A stretch of 63,864 nt of DNA, the filler included, from Lenisia limosa (taxonomy: Eukaryota > Protista > Breviatea), in the NCBI GenBank assembly GCA_001655205.1. It is 11 parts of 11 records of this genome, joined end to end, with 100 filler letters (N's around TTAATTAATTAA, not from the genome) between each part and the next. Parts side by side here need not be neighbours in the genome. Positions count along the whole stretch, not along the records: positions 12,225 to 37,465 come from LPNZ01010842.1; positions 37,566 to 38,663 come from LPNZ01000275.1; positions 38,764 to 41,970 come from LPNZ01008970.1; 8 more parts are not named here. The stretch is one strand, 5' to 3'. Positions 26,701-38,806 of this stretch are shown piece by piece. The notes beneath the pieces were generated by a model. It was not told the origin of the DNA. It did not search any database and saw only the letters and a program-made list of their open reading frames with translations. How positions within the stretch are numbered: position 1 is the stretch's first letter; each line of letters opens with the position of its first letter. The translations under genes and the position numbers were made by a program.

Positions 26701-29654
26701 TGTCAGATAATAGATCCCAAAACGCCCTCCTTCTTTCAGCCCCACAAACAGTGTAGACACTTGAAACAATGGTGAATGAGAGCTCATTTGAGACCTTCCC
26801 TCCCGCCCTGGCAACTATCGAATACTCTCCAGACACTCTGTAAATATCAGGTTTGGATTGAAAGTTCTCAAAAATAAGAACTTTAGAATGAATGGATGCT
26901 CTCATCCCCCCCCCCCCCNNNNNNNNNNNNNNNNNNNNNNNNNNNNNNNNNNNNNNNNNNNNNNNNNNNNNNNNNNNNNNNNNNNNNNNNNNNNNNNNNN
27001 NNNNNNNNNNNNNNNNNNNNNNNNNNNNNNNNNNNNNNNNNNNNNNNNNNNNNNNNNNNNNNTGCAAACTCAGACGCTGGCCGGCTGGGGGTGGGGGGGG
27101 GGGAGTGAAATTGGATAATTTATGAAACAAAAACAAAAAAAAATGCCCAAAATCAACTCTGTTGGCTAACAACACAAGGGTTGAAACCAACAAATACACG
27201 AGATGGCTCATTAAGCTATCAGCCCATGGAATATTCTATTCTAATTCTCTTCAGGATCATAAGAACCTGCAAATAGTCCCACAATTTTACTTTTGAGGTA
27301 CAATAAGAGCAGTGCTAACCAGCTTTTGTGAGAAACAGGGTGACCCCAGCCCCAGAAATCGGGTGTCCATTGTCATCTTCCACCTGTACCGTAACCAAAA
27401 AACAAAGAGAAATGAAGAAAAAAGAAAAGGGAAGAAAATAAGACCATTGCAAATACAAATGACAATGACGAAACCGATACGAACCAAAACAGAGGGCAGA
27501 ATACGATCGAATTCGGTGATAATGGTGCTGCTTTCGTGGAAGAGTTTAATCTGAAGAATTCATATGGGTGAGGTCTGGAACTGGAACGGTATGGAAATAT
27601 GTAGTGTTCCATAAGGCGGGTGGGATGTAAAATGAAAACATTGACAGAAGTTATCCCCCAACAGTGTTGACGGAACTTGTGACTCGGATTGTGGCGCGGG
27701 TTCCATCCTTCCAAACTGTGTATCTGTCTCCACAAATGGCAATGATGCTCTAAAGTGTCACAAGGAGAAGTATAAAGAAAAAGTGATAAATTTGAAATTG
27801 CAATAAAGTGAATTTAAGGCCAATATCCCAAAAATCTTAAACGATTTGATTTTGTAATCAAAAGGTAATCCATGATGTTTATTTGCCAAAACAAACCTGG
27901 TGAGAATGGGAGGACGAAGAAAACCACACGTCTTTGAAAGTGGCCACGCCATCCATGTTCGTCTGGGCCTGGCTTTCAACCAGAGAGCCTGGGATGACGT
28001 AAGGTGGAGCATAATACAACATTGAACGGAAGGAAGAGAAGCAGGAAGCAGACCGTAAGCGTCACCACTGCTGTAATCAAGAGCTCCAGAGGGCTGAGGC
28101 AGGGTAATCAGAGATACCGTCATGTTGGAAATCTCTCCTGTTTGTCCGTTTAACGGTGTGGCTTGGACCTAAACAACAATAAAAACAAAAGAGCACGACT
28201 CTTGAGATTCCTGAGCTAAAACCGTGTCGCACCTTGAAATCGGCGAATCTTTCATTGATGCGAACCGAGGACGGTAAAGGGCTGTCAAACTCCAAGTCCA
28301 CAGCCACTGACTCTGAATGTGTAACATTACAAAAGAACGGAAGTGAATGATCAGCAAAATACCACGAATATGAGACAGCAAGAAACGTGGCTCATCATTT
28401 CCAGCAAAATCACCTACCAATAGTGATCATCGACGTTGGAAGGTCCAAACTGAGTGCGGAATCCGACAGTGGTACAAGAGTCAATTTATAGATACCGGGG
28501 ATTGCCGACCGGATCGAGAAACTATCAAATGTTGCCGCCTGGTCTGTGATCAACTGGACTAGCCGCAATACAAACAGTGTGTGTTATCATCCGTCACTAC
28601 CCTCATTGTTTTTTTTTTTCATAGTGCCGCTTATTATCTTTCCGTACGTATCATATGATATGATATGTATAATCATACTACAACGTACCCCATCTTCCGT
28701 TGTGGTGGCAACGTTGCCGACAACTTCAATAGAACAAATGGACTTGAAGCGCGAGTTTGTCAAAGAATCCTCAGCAGTTCCTAGCGGTAAGCCCCTTCAA
28801 TACATGCAAAACCCCCAAACAAACACCTACCAAGATAGTCTTCAAAATGGGAGTACTTCTCCAAACAGACAAAGCCGAAGTAGGGGTCCTGCAGGGTGAG
28901 CACTGGAATCAAGGTGTCATAATGGGCTTTTGCACAACTGTGATATCAAACAACAACCTGAAACATACCTGCGCAGAAATGAGCTGAAGCTTCGCTTCCA
29001 CCTCCACACCTGGTACACCATACCCTACGGTGTTGCGGAACCAGACCTGGGGGGGGGGGGGNNNNNNNNNNNNNNNNNNNNNNNNNNNNNNNNNNNNNNN
29101 NNNNNNNNNNNNNNNNNNNNNNNNNNNNNNNNNNNTGGAAAGGGGGGACGTAGATTTCAAATATTGGTTTCCCGAAAAATAAACAGCAAAAGAGACAGCC
29201 CATCTCCCAACAGAAGGAAAGATGCCGGTACTGAACTCCGCCTCGCTTCCAACGCCAATGATCTCCGGAAACGGAACAATGACAAGAGCCTGCGAAGGTT
29301 AGTTGCCCTTGTTGAGGTATGATACACAATCCTCCAATAGAACGACGTGATAAAGGCAACATCTAGGCTTGTTCAAATACTCAAGGTCATTCTTGCAAGG
29401 CAATAAAACAAGAGAGTTCTACAATCAATCAACCAACCTGGGTAATTAGAGGATTCCCTCTCAAGTATGTTGGGTCGTAAAGAATCAGTGGCAAGAACTC
29501 TGCGAAAGTTGTGAATAAGGCACAAATCAATTTTGGAAAAAAACACTCATATTTTCATGTGCTTACTGGCAAATGTCAGCGTGAAGATAAGCATCACGAT
29601 AGAGACGGTAAGAGTTCGAGAGCGCGTCTGAATATGGGTCAAATGCAATTTCAT
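14768..29654 (-). CDS. Large receptor-like protein: signal peptide + long Ig-like/prealbumin-fold ectodomain + STRA6/RBP-receptor-like multi-pass domain (3' end approximate)
   Basis: ATG 29654 MKLHLTHIQTRSRTLTVSIVMLIFTLTFA; beta-sandwich motifs (GNVATTTEDG, AQTNMDGVATFKDV, ATFDSFSIRSAIPGIYKL, VTTDSEGYYQFQQL); STRA6-like motifs FRYPIRLILTSLL, MLLLHERYNNPIIRAFCVSLL, MAQKR|WLKCFTLVRNPQIAVFSKR. Confidence 0.8.
17171..17260. mobile_element. hAT-type MITE family A (left end trimmed)
   Basis: TTCGGTTCAAAAAAA ... TTTTTGAACCGAAGTGAAGCCCTT. Confidence 0.8.
20030..20113. repeat. Intronic minisatellite, 3 x ~28 bp (ACATCAGAGCCAAAGACAGCAAAGTCACA)
   Basis: Directly visible tandem copies. Confidence 0.85.
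20419..20497. mobile_element. Tc1/mariner-type MITE family C
   Basis: CAGTGACTGGAATAAGTCTTG ... ACTTATCCCGGTCAGTG|TA. Confidence 0.8.
20882..20960. mobile_element. Tc1/mariner-type MITE family C
   Basis: TA|CAGTGACTGGAATAAG ... CTTATCCCGGTCACTG|TA. Confidence 0.85.
21097..21179 (-). repeat. Intronic repeat family II ending at an acceptor
   Basis: Minus strand AATATTCTTTATCGAAATTTCCTTCGTTTTACTCCCCTCAG|GATGGAACG (exon DGTSVGGDVARFEL). Confidence 0.65.
21465..21564. mobile_element. hAT-type MITE family A (consensus-like)
   Basis: TAGGGCTTCACTTCGGTTCGAAAAAAGAC ... GTCTTTTTCGAACCGAAGTGAAGCTTTA. Confidence 0.9.
26531..26631. mobile_element. hAT-type MITE family A
   Basis: TAAGGCTTCACTTCGGTTCG ... 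CGAACCGAAGTGAAGCCCTA. Confidence 0.88.
27085..27200 (-). mobile_element. Acceptor-terminal intronic repeat, family I
   Basis: Minus strand TTTCAACCCTTGTGTTGTTAGCCAACAGAGTTGATTTTGGGC..CATAAATTATCCAATTTCACT-C-run-CAG, in the minus-strand STRA6-like gene. Confidence 0.8.
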
Positions 29655-30270
29655 GGACTATTTTAGCTTTAAATTTTAAATATAACATGATATAGCGCCA
29701 CTATACAGAGGGAGGGGGGCAAAGGTTACAAAAGAGGAAGAGTAGCAGTTATTCCCCCCTTACATCATCCATCACAAGGTCAAAATAAGGCTAAAAAATT
29801 AACATAAGTAATATTTCAAGGAGACAAACCGATACAACCCATTGCCTCCTCGGAGAAGAAGGAGACATTTTGTATTTGGACAATAGTCAAGCTTTGACAG
29901 TGATAATACCACTTTAAATAATAAAGCTAGGTCAACAGCATCGTCAAAAAGAGCTATTTCTATCTAAAATAGTCGACTACCTACAACCTAGAGCGGTAAA
30001 TTCTGTCTTTGAATATATATCTAAATATCACACCACAAATGATAATATCCGAAAAAAACTAAAAACCCAAAAAGCAAGGAGAAAAAAAACAAGCAGCTGT
30101 GCCCATAAAAAATATGTAAGTATTGTTCTGGTGCGATCTTAAAATTTTGGCCTTTTTCTACCATTTAGCTTAAATAGTGTTTATCTTCTTGAGAATCTTG
30201 AGTTTTCTTTGAGATATTAGATATTTGAGCACTCTCCCCCCGTTACCCTAATTGGTGTTTCGCATTCACA

Positions 30271-30903
30271 ATGGCTTCTGTTAAGATCAACCTTGGTGCT
30301 GGAGAAATCTCCCTCAACGCACCTGCAACTCCTTCTGAGTTCCCAGGATCACACTGCCGCGGCTTGATCCACGACCTGGAGTACTTCCGTGAACACATTG
30401 AGAAGTTGATTGTGGAGAAGATGTCTGGAGATGACGCGAAGGCGCTGAGAGAGGACGATGCCCTTGAGTGTGAGGAAATCCTTGCTGATGACGAGGAGAC
30501 TGAGAAGAAGGAGCTCGAGATCGAGACCAGAAAGCGTGAAGAAAAGAGTTGGGGGGGGGGGGGNNNNNNNNNNNNNNNNNNNNNNNNNNNNNNNNNNNNN
30601 NNNNNNNNNNNNNNNNNNNNNNNNNNNNNNNNNNNNNNNNNNNNNNNNNNNNNNNGCAGAGGGGAAGGAACCGACTTAATATTTAATAAGTATCATATGT
30701 TGAAATGAGATATCAAACAAGGTAGTAGTATCTAGCGGAAAAATAGTATTATGAGAAAGAGGACTCAATTTGGTTCTTTTGTTATTATTTAATTTTGTTC
30801 CATTTGGCGCTGTATTCCAATACACTGGTGTTTTTAGTCTCATTGATTAGGTGCCGCAGCCGTGATTGCCATTCACAAGAGCAAGAAGAAGCGCACCATG
30901 TAA
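30271..30903 (+). CDS. Small acidic protein with probable C-terminal membrane anchor
   Basis: Exon 1 MASVKINLGAGEISLNAP..EEK with a GT-G-run donor; last exon AAAVIAIHKSKKKRTM*; middle in N gap. Confidence 0.55.
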
Positions 30904-30967
30904 CTTCTCTTGATTAAATAGCTGATTTCATTGTTTCCCCCACAGGTTTGAGTTTGAGTGATATTAT

Positions 30968-31056
30968 CTAGGCTTCCTGATGGTCCGAAAAAGTCCGGCA
31001 ATATCCAGGATTTATCGAAACATTCACTCTTTTCTTGGGAACGTAGGGAAGAACTA
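30968..31056. mobile_element. hAT-type MITE family A (subfamily A2, degenerate)
   Basis: TAGGCTTCCTGATGGTCCGAAAAAG ... GGAACGTAGGGAAGAACTA. Confidence 0.65.
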
Positions 31057-31217
31057 AATATGGGACACATACCTGTTTTGTAGGAGAAATATCCACTCAT
31101 CAAAAGTTCATGTATAGTATTGATATGTCTTTTGTTCATCAAAATCTCTTGTCGAAACAAATTCATGTTAACAAATAAATAAGACATCAAAGGCCTGTCT
31201 TGCCTTGACCAGCCGCA

Positions 31218-34200
31218 TTAGTTCAGCAAAGAGTCTAAGATCATTTGGTAGCCTTCAAGGCCATCTTCCAAACCAGTGGCAACCATCATGCACAACATTG
31301 GCAGGTCATTCTACATATCAGTGCTGTCTCAAAACACTGACCTCACCTCAACGTCAAAATGCCTGGAAAGGTACAGGAGTAGATGAAAATCTGAGATCTG
31401 CTGATGGAATGGCTTCCCTTTCTGAGCCTTCATGTGAGCCTAAAAACGTCAAATTAATTGACCAATATGGATCATCAATTTAATGAACGGTGACAAATTG
31501 TGTGTTGATTTCCACTCCCTCATACTTTGACGAGGGGTATTGACGGAACAGTCATTCGGTTTTCGATTGCGAACGGCTTCATAAACATTCCCTTAAATGA
31601 CTGAATGGCAACCTAAATGGGTCAATATGGTCCCTCAATAAAATCTAGCGAATTCTGTAGTACCGGCTTACAGGGTTATAGCACATGGCAGCATCTAAAG
31701 TCGTCTCTTTACGGTTCTCAACAATAATCTAAATGATCAACATTCATATTCCGCCAATATAAATCCTTTTGTAATTGCTCACTTCTTTGGTAGTCTCAAG
31801 CATTTTCCTTCTGCTTGGGGGCTTAAAATATCCTTCTTCTTGGAGGTTCACTGCTTGCCGTGAAGTCTGGAAATGCATGATAAGATCATCACATGGTGGA
31901 CATCAATCATATTTCGTATTAAAAAATATAACGCAACGAAATGCCCTCTAATTAATGCATTTAGAGGTAGACGTTACCTGGAAAGCTTCAAAAGAGGAAT
32001 GGCCACGTTTATTATCTAAACAGTCAATGTAAACATAATGTAATAATTATGTGAAGAAATGTCCACAAATACGAAATCAGGGTGTTCATTGGTCCTTGTA
32101 AACACAAAGAACCCTGTTATATTCTAGCCATCCCCTTTCTCATATCCCCGTCTAAACGCATTCGAGGAAATGATTTATTTTTTTTGCATTCCCCTTATTT
32201 ATATACTATATCATCATATAATTAGGGCTTCCCCGCAGTCCCACAAAGACTGAATTTCTCAATAAATCTTCGATAAATATCGATATTTTACTGGTCTTTT
32301 TGGGACCGTAGGGAAGACCTACACTTAATCCTCTGGGACAAAGGCGGTGCTTCCAATCATACATGATAGAGTTGCGGTTACGAATTCCGGCCCGTATTTA
32401 GCCTGATGTGTAGCGGCTCGCATTACGTCAGAGGATGTCATGTTGTAACGACGAGGGGGGTGGGAAAAGAGGAATCCAACCTGGGGGGTGACGTCAATTG
32501 GAGAGAGAGAGAGAGATACGAATGGAACATTATAAAACGAAAAGAAGAAGCTCACAATCAACTCTTGGTCAAAAATATGAGAAAAACCTGATTATTTTAC
32601 AAAACAAATAAGGCCTGATATCTTGAATTAAGGTTTAGTAATGAGAGTCTCAAATCCGAATTGTCTTCTCCCCAACAAAAAGGAAGTATCAACCGGAAGC
32701 CCACAACAGAGAGTCCCATTGCTTCGCAAATGACATCAACAGCCCGGGTCTCATCAACACTTTCTTGGGGTGTCACCTGAGTTGTCAACTCAAAAACCAA
32801 ACTTATCAACTCACATCAGTTGCTGTGCCGCGTTGAGGAGGCTCGTAAATCGCCTCCACAACCACAGCCTTACGGAGGGCCCGCACTTTCTTGGCTCCTT
32901 CCTCAGCCGTCTCTGCAAATATGAAGGTGAACAAACAGAGGAACTACTAGGTCTAAAGGAATTTTTGGGTGAATAATCACAATATGGAGTAGTCAAACTA
33001 ATTTGAAATAATAGAATATGTTTTCAACTCAGGAAAAGATCGCTTACGGTCACTTTTGGCAGCCGCTTCCGTTTCTTCGTCTGTCAACTTGTCATCTTCA
33101 ACTCTGGCTATCAGAAAAACAGGATCCCAAAGGGTCATTATCAGTGCTTACCTTCCTATCAACCAACCGCATCGTTGAACTGAAAAACCGGTTTCTTGAA
33201 GATATGCCTGAATTGTAATTCAGAGGAGACGCGCTTTAAGGTCTCGAAAATTAACCAGTTCCACATTGAAATAAATTACTTGGGTGAAAAAGGGCCATCT
33301 GATTGGCAAATGGAAATAGAGTGTTAGTAAAAAGAACACCCAATCCACTTGGAAAGAGTTAGCAGCGTCATTCGCAAGGCGTAAGGACGTAACGGGTACC
33401 TCATCCTTTAAATGTAAAAGAAATTGTTAAAAAAAATTTCTTTTAAAAAAACTCCTCCACCCACTTGGTGCCTGATTTTCGGGAGCAAACTGTCAGTCCT
33501 AACAACATTAGTATAACGATTTACGGAAAAATGATAGCATAATTTGGAATAAGACGCTTGGATATCTGGGCCCATGTACCAAGACATGCATTTCACGCAA
33601 GAGCCTTGGGGGCCGTGGGTGCTGCATGGTGGAGGTCCGCTCTACAAAGGGTCAGGCCTTCGTTTCAGTAAGAATGCCAAAAAAAAATCATTTTTGATGA
33701 TAATGTCAAAATCAACCAGAAAGAGGGGTCTGATAAAATACGGCATGAAAGTCATTACTCCACAAACCAATTTCTGCCTCTCTCTCCGTTCCATTTCTTC
33801 AATATCCCCTTCAGTCATATTTTTCTTGTCAACTAAAAAGGTCAATGATGATTAGCCAAGATGTCCAAGGATTTGGACATCCCGAATAATCGATACATTG
33901 CAAAAAAAGCAGATCCCTTGTTTGCAGTAAAGTCTCAATTGAAACTAGGATCATAGAGATCCGACGGTTGACTGTACACAAAGAAAACACCCACAGAAAT
34001 TATTCCCCAAATAGTATATTCAGCCACACCATTACTCACGTGTTGACTGGATGCACTTTGAGCACTTCATAGACGCAGGGTGTACGCAGCCAGTTGAAGA
34101 CTCCTCCTTATGCGAAACATCGTAGTTGATACGTGAGGGGCCTGGAAATGGTTAAAAAACACCAATACACGGAGCAACTGACCTTCATGCATTTGCTCTC

Positions 34201-34496
34201 CTCCCATGTGCGGGTTTACAGCAACCAGTATGTCACCATTCCTGTTTTGATGAACACATCTCTTCAAAAACATGACTTCGGTCCAAGCATACTGAAGTGG
34301 AAGGTTTTTGATCAGGCTATTGAAAGGAACAATTTCATTTGACTTTCCTGAGAGAGAGATTGCCATTTTGGGAACTCCAGCCTGTCAAGAGTAAACGAGG
34401 CAATCAAAAACCTACATCTTCCGCAACGTTGCCGATTGTCATTCCAGGAGAAACCGTCACCCGTTTAAGCCCCTGTGGAGTGCGTACTCGTAGCAT
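31218..34496 (-). CDS. NPL4: Nuclear protein localization 4 (Cdc48/p97-Ufd1 cofactor)
   Basis: MLRVRTPQGLKRV (UBL), VVVEAIYEPPQRG, VDVICEAMGLSVVGF, SFEAFQ, FAIENR, ISDFHLLLYL, EGYQMILDSLLN*. Confidence 0.9.
32223..32321. mobile_element. hAT-type MITE family A (subfamily A2)
   Basis: TIRs plus degenerate 8-bp TSD CATATAAT/CACTTAAT. Confidence 0.85.
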
Positions 34497-34909
34497 CTGT
34501 CGTTATTATAGGAAAAGTAGAAAGGTGATATATCTCTGGAAGGAATTGAAGTTAAGCGAGACTGACAAATATTGTCATCAATATGTACACCAATTCTGAG
34601 GGAAATTACATACTCTCACTCACAATCTCACAATTTTGAATGATTATGGAACAACTCCTGCAATGACCCCCTCACTGTCAACAGATTTCTTAAAAGAATA
34701 GTGCAAGGAATTTCAATTTTCCAGGTTTTCTGTCTAATTTCTATTTTTAAATAGCGTTTAATTTACTGTACACAGAAAAAGAACAAGAGAGGCCTGACAG
34801 AACGACAGAAACCAGAACAAAACATGAGGAGGAAAAACACTGGTCCTGGCCTTTTTAGTGAACGATTTTCGAAACGAATTTCCCTCTCTACTTGTTGTTA
34901 TTACACAGT

Positions 34910-37465
34910 ATGCTTCAGGTTGGGTCCGTAATTGGAGCACGCCTTGGCTATCAGGCCAGCCGTGGCCTTGCCTCTCGTCTCTATGCCACTTCTCAGTGTG
35001 TTCGCACTGTTTCAGGAAATAGAGGTCTTACTATTAACGAAAAATTGATCTTTGAGCAAAGTAGGTTGATTATTCTTCGGAGTATACTGCCTTTTTTTAA
35101 CAGGAATACTACTATAACGCGTAGTACTTTGTCAGATTACATTATATGACTTATTCATTTCAGCTAATTACGTTGTTTAGGCCAGGAAGGTATCTCAGGT
35201 GTTGATCTTCCCAATGTTCCTGAGTTCCCTCCCTCAATCCCAAAGGGAACTCTCCGTGAGGGTGATGTTGGACTTCCAGGCCTCTCTGAGGCACAAGCCA
35301 TGAGGTAGGGTTCTCAGGTTCAACAGATTTATCCTCTCACAATCTTCTTAGGCACTACGTCAGACTTTCTCAGAAGAATTTCTCTATTGACACCGGAATT
35401 TATCCCCTTGGTTCTTGCACCATGGTAGGCATCAGATGTGGTATCACCATACTAATAGGATCTTAGATTTTTCCAATTTCTATTTATAATATGCTCAATC
35501 AGTGAAAGGTTAAAATAAGGTATTTTGTCCTGCATAATATCATACTTTTGGCATGGAAATGAATTCCGTTGACGCCGCCAGAAATACAACCCTCGAGCCA
35601 ACGAGAGCTTCGCACGCCTCCCCGGCTTCTCTGATGTTCACCCCCTCCAGCCGGTGTCTACTGTCCAGGTTGGGGGGGGGGGGGNNNNNNNNNNNNNNNN
35701 NNNNNNNNNNNNNNNNNNNNNNNNNNNNNNNNNNNNNNNNNNNNNNNNNNNNNCTCAATTTTTGGGGTGAATATCATCTGCATCAAGATTCTAACAAAAA
35801 AAAACGCATAAAAGGATTCAGATAGCGATATGTTGAAATAATGTTCTTCAGGGAGTTCTTGAGGTGTTCTACGAGTGCGGCCAATGGCTCAAGACACTCA
35901 CCGGAATGCCGGAGGTTTCTGTCACCCCCGCAGCCGGATCCCATGGTGAACTCATTGGTAGGCCATGTACTGTTCTGCATTTTGAGCATCAATCATTTGC
36001 CATCGCTATTTGAACAATGTGAAAATAGTGTGACATCGTAGGCTTGATGGCCATCCGCCAAGCCACTCGCGCTGAGAACCGAACCACCATCTTGGTCCCC
36101 GAAGCCGCCCACGGTACCAACCCTGCCTCCGCCATCATGTGTGGTTTCAAGACTAAGGTACGTGAAATGAGACAGCATACACGTCCAAGCAAACTAAATC
36201 TAAGAATTACACGCCTTACCCGCTTTGATGTTCATTGTCCAGGTTGTTCCCGGAAACAAAGACGGCCGTATTGATGTTGATGCTTTCCTTGATGCTATTG
36301 AGTGAGAGGGGCTTTTATAAACACACCAGCAACTGACGCTAAATAGCTTTTTTTAAAAAAAGAGCTTACTTGTAAACTTTATTGTGTTACGTGAAATAGT
36401 TAAAATTGTGATCTTTTCTTTTAACATGATAGTGACACTGTTGCTGGTACTATGATCACCAACCCCAACACCTGCGGACTTTTCGAGAAGGATATTGTCA
36501 AAATGGCTGACGCTATTCACAAGGCCGGGTATGTCATGGGTCTGCTTTTATCTGCTCAGACCGGAAGCAACAGCAAGATAACTGACCCCCCAGTGGCTAC
36601 CTCTATATGGACGGCGCCAACTTGAACGCGATGATGGGCCACGTGCGCCCTGGAGACCTTGGCGTCGACGCCATGCATATCAACCTTCACAAGACCATGT
36701 CCACTCCCCACGGTGGTGGAGGACCGGGAGCCGGACCTGTTGTCTTCTCTGAGAAATTGTCTCACGTATGGGGGCTGCATTTGGTTATTATTTACCACCG
36801 TTCTGTTTTGTTTCTGTTTTGACATTTCAGTTCGCACCCCTCCCCCGCATTGTGAAGAAGGATGACGGCACTTTTAACCTTGTCGAGGTATGCANNNNNN
36901 NNNNNNNNNNNNNNNNNNNNNNNNNNNNNNNNNNNNNNNNNNNNNNNNNNNNNNNNNNNNNNNNNNNNNNNNNNNNNNNNNNNNNNNNNNNNNNNNNNNN
37001 NNNNNNNNNNNNNNNNNNNNNNNNNNNNNNNNNNNNNNNNNNNNNNNNNNNNNNNNNNNNNNNNNNNNNNNNNNNNNNNNNNNNNNATAGAGAAAAAAGC
37101 AGCTGAGCACTGAGCCTTTCAGACTCGTACCGAATGTGAATGCCCCTCAGTCGGCCGCATCAAGGCCTTCCATGGCCAGACCGGAATGCTCATCAGGTCC
37201 CTTGCCTATATGATGGCTCTTGGCGGCGACGGTCTCACACAAACCACTGGTGGGCTTTCCAGTCAATACAACGATTATTTTTTAATTTTATTTTTTGATT
37301 TGCATGATAGCAATTGCTGGGAGTTTTAGTTTGTTTTGGTATTATCAAGATGTGCAATCCCTGCCTTGTATGGTCTTTGCTCACCATTTAGCCGATGCTG
37401 TTCTCAACGCCAACTACCTTATGTCCCGTCTGTCAAAGGTCATCCCTCCTGCCTTCGGTGCCGAG
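34910..37465 (+). CDS. gcvPB: Glycine decarboxylase P-protein subunit 2 (split GCS-P) with mitochondrial-type presequence; 3' end cut by contig break
   Basis: [98 protein letters not shown]; Arg/Ser-rich N-terminal extension with no acidic residues. Confidence 0.93.
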
Positions 37466-38806
37466 NNNNNNNNNNNNNNNNNNNNNNNNNNNNNNNNNNN
37501 NNNNNNNNNTTAATTAATTAANNNNNNNNNNNNNNNNNNNNNNNNNNNNNNNNNNNNNNNNNNNNATATTTGGGCTACAGGAGACTTACAACAGATAGAG
37601 AAGAACAGAATCCTCCAAGAAATTGAACTTTTGGTCAACCTTCCAATGGATTCCCCCTTCTCAAGCCGATCTTTCACCTTATACCCAATGCCAAGTAACT
37701 ATGCTATTCGAGTGCCGGAAACAAGAATAAGAGAAGCTGCTGATCTACTAAAGAAGACACGTTTGGTGGACCAAAGTGATGAGAACATTACCTTCCATGG
37801 AAGAACAACAGGAAGGCCTCCAATTTCCAAGAAGACTTTAAAGCAAGGGAGAGAGTCAATACGCCGACTGAGAGCTGTGAGTGGGGTTTCCTGATATTAT
37901 ATAACAGTTTTATATCAATTTTTTTAAAATAAAATAATTGTAACAGATGGGAGTTGCTGTTAATGCGCAAACAATCAAGAGAAGAATTAAACAAGATGAT
38001 CCCAAACGGAGCGAAAAAATAAAACTCTCAATCTAGGTGAACATAGTTCATGAAGTAGGTATCGTTCACCCATCTTTCGCAACTTTCTTCCTTTCCCCCA
38101 GCTTTCCCCTCTACTTTCCCACTCTCGGGTCTTCCTTTCTATGAGACTCTATGAAGATTGAATTATCATCAGGGCCACAGGGCTCCAGCAATACTGGTCC
38201 AATATTACGGTGATGAGTGATAGTGTGTGTGCATTATTTGGTGTTTGGGTATTTGTGTATAGTACATATCATATGCATATGTCATTTTATATACTAGTAG
38301 TGGTATATATCATATGCATGTAGAGTTTACATTGTGTATGAGTGTGTTCATCTCACATGAGAGAAACAGGAGAAAAAAGTTGCGAAGAAAGGAAAAAGAG
38401 AGAAGTGATTTTGCTACTCATGAGTTAATTAATGATTTATAACAAAAAAAAATGGCACAGAATTAGCTTATTTGTGTAACATATTTGTAAATTACTCTGA
38501 GGTCAATTTGAAATAGCACATTCGAAAGTGTGAAAAGTGATTGGCGTGCTGGCATAACTTAGTGGCTCTCTGGATTTCCCTTATTAGGTTTTTTTCGTTT
38601 ATTTGCCAATAGAAGCATATTCTCAATTTGACTATATGAGATTACGAGAGTGGTACTTGTGACNNNNNNNNNNNNNNNNNNNNNNNNNNNNNNNNNNNNN
38701 NNNNNNNTTAATTAATTAANNNNNNNNNNNNNNNNNNNNNNNNNNNNNNNNNNNNNNNNNNNNAAAGAATGAGAATCTTCATTTCAGCGGCTTACAGGCA
38801 TTGTAG

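Noticed and set aside
37566-38000. Isolated ORF (VNLPMDSPFSSRSFTLYPMP..) as a transposase or Fanzor fragment
   Set aside because: No DDE, RuvC or zinc-finger motif is recognisable and the contig is only about 1.1 kb; it cannot be assigned.
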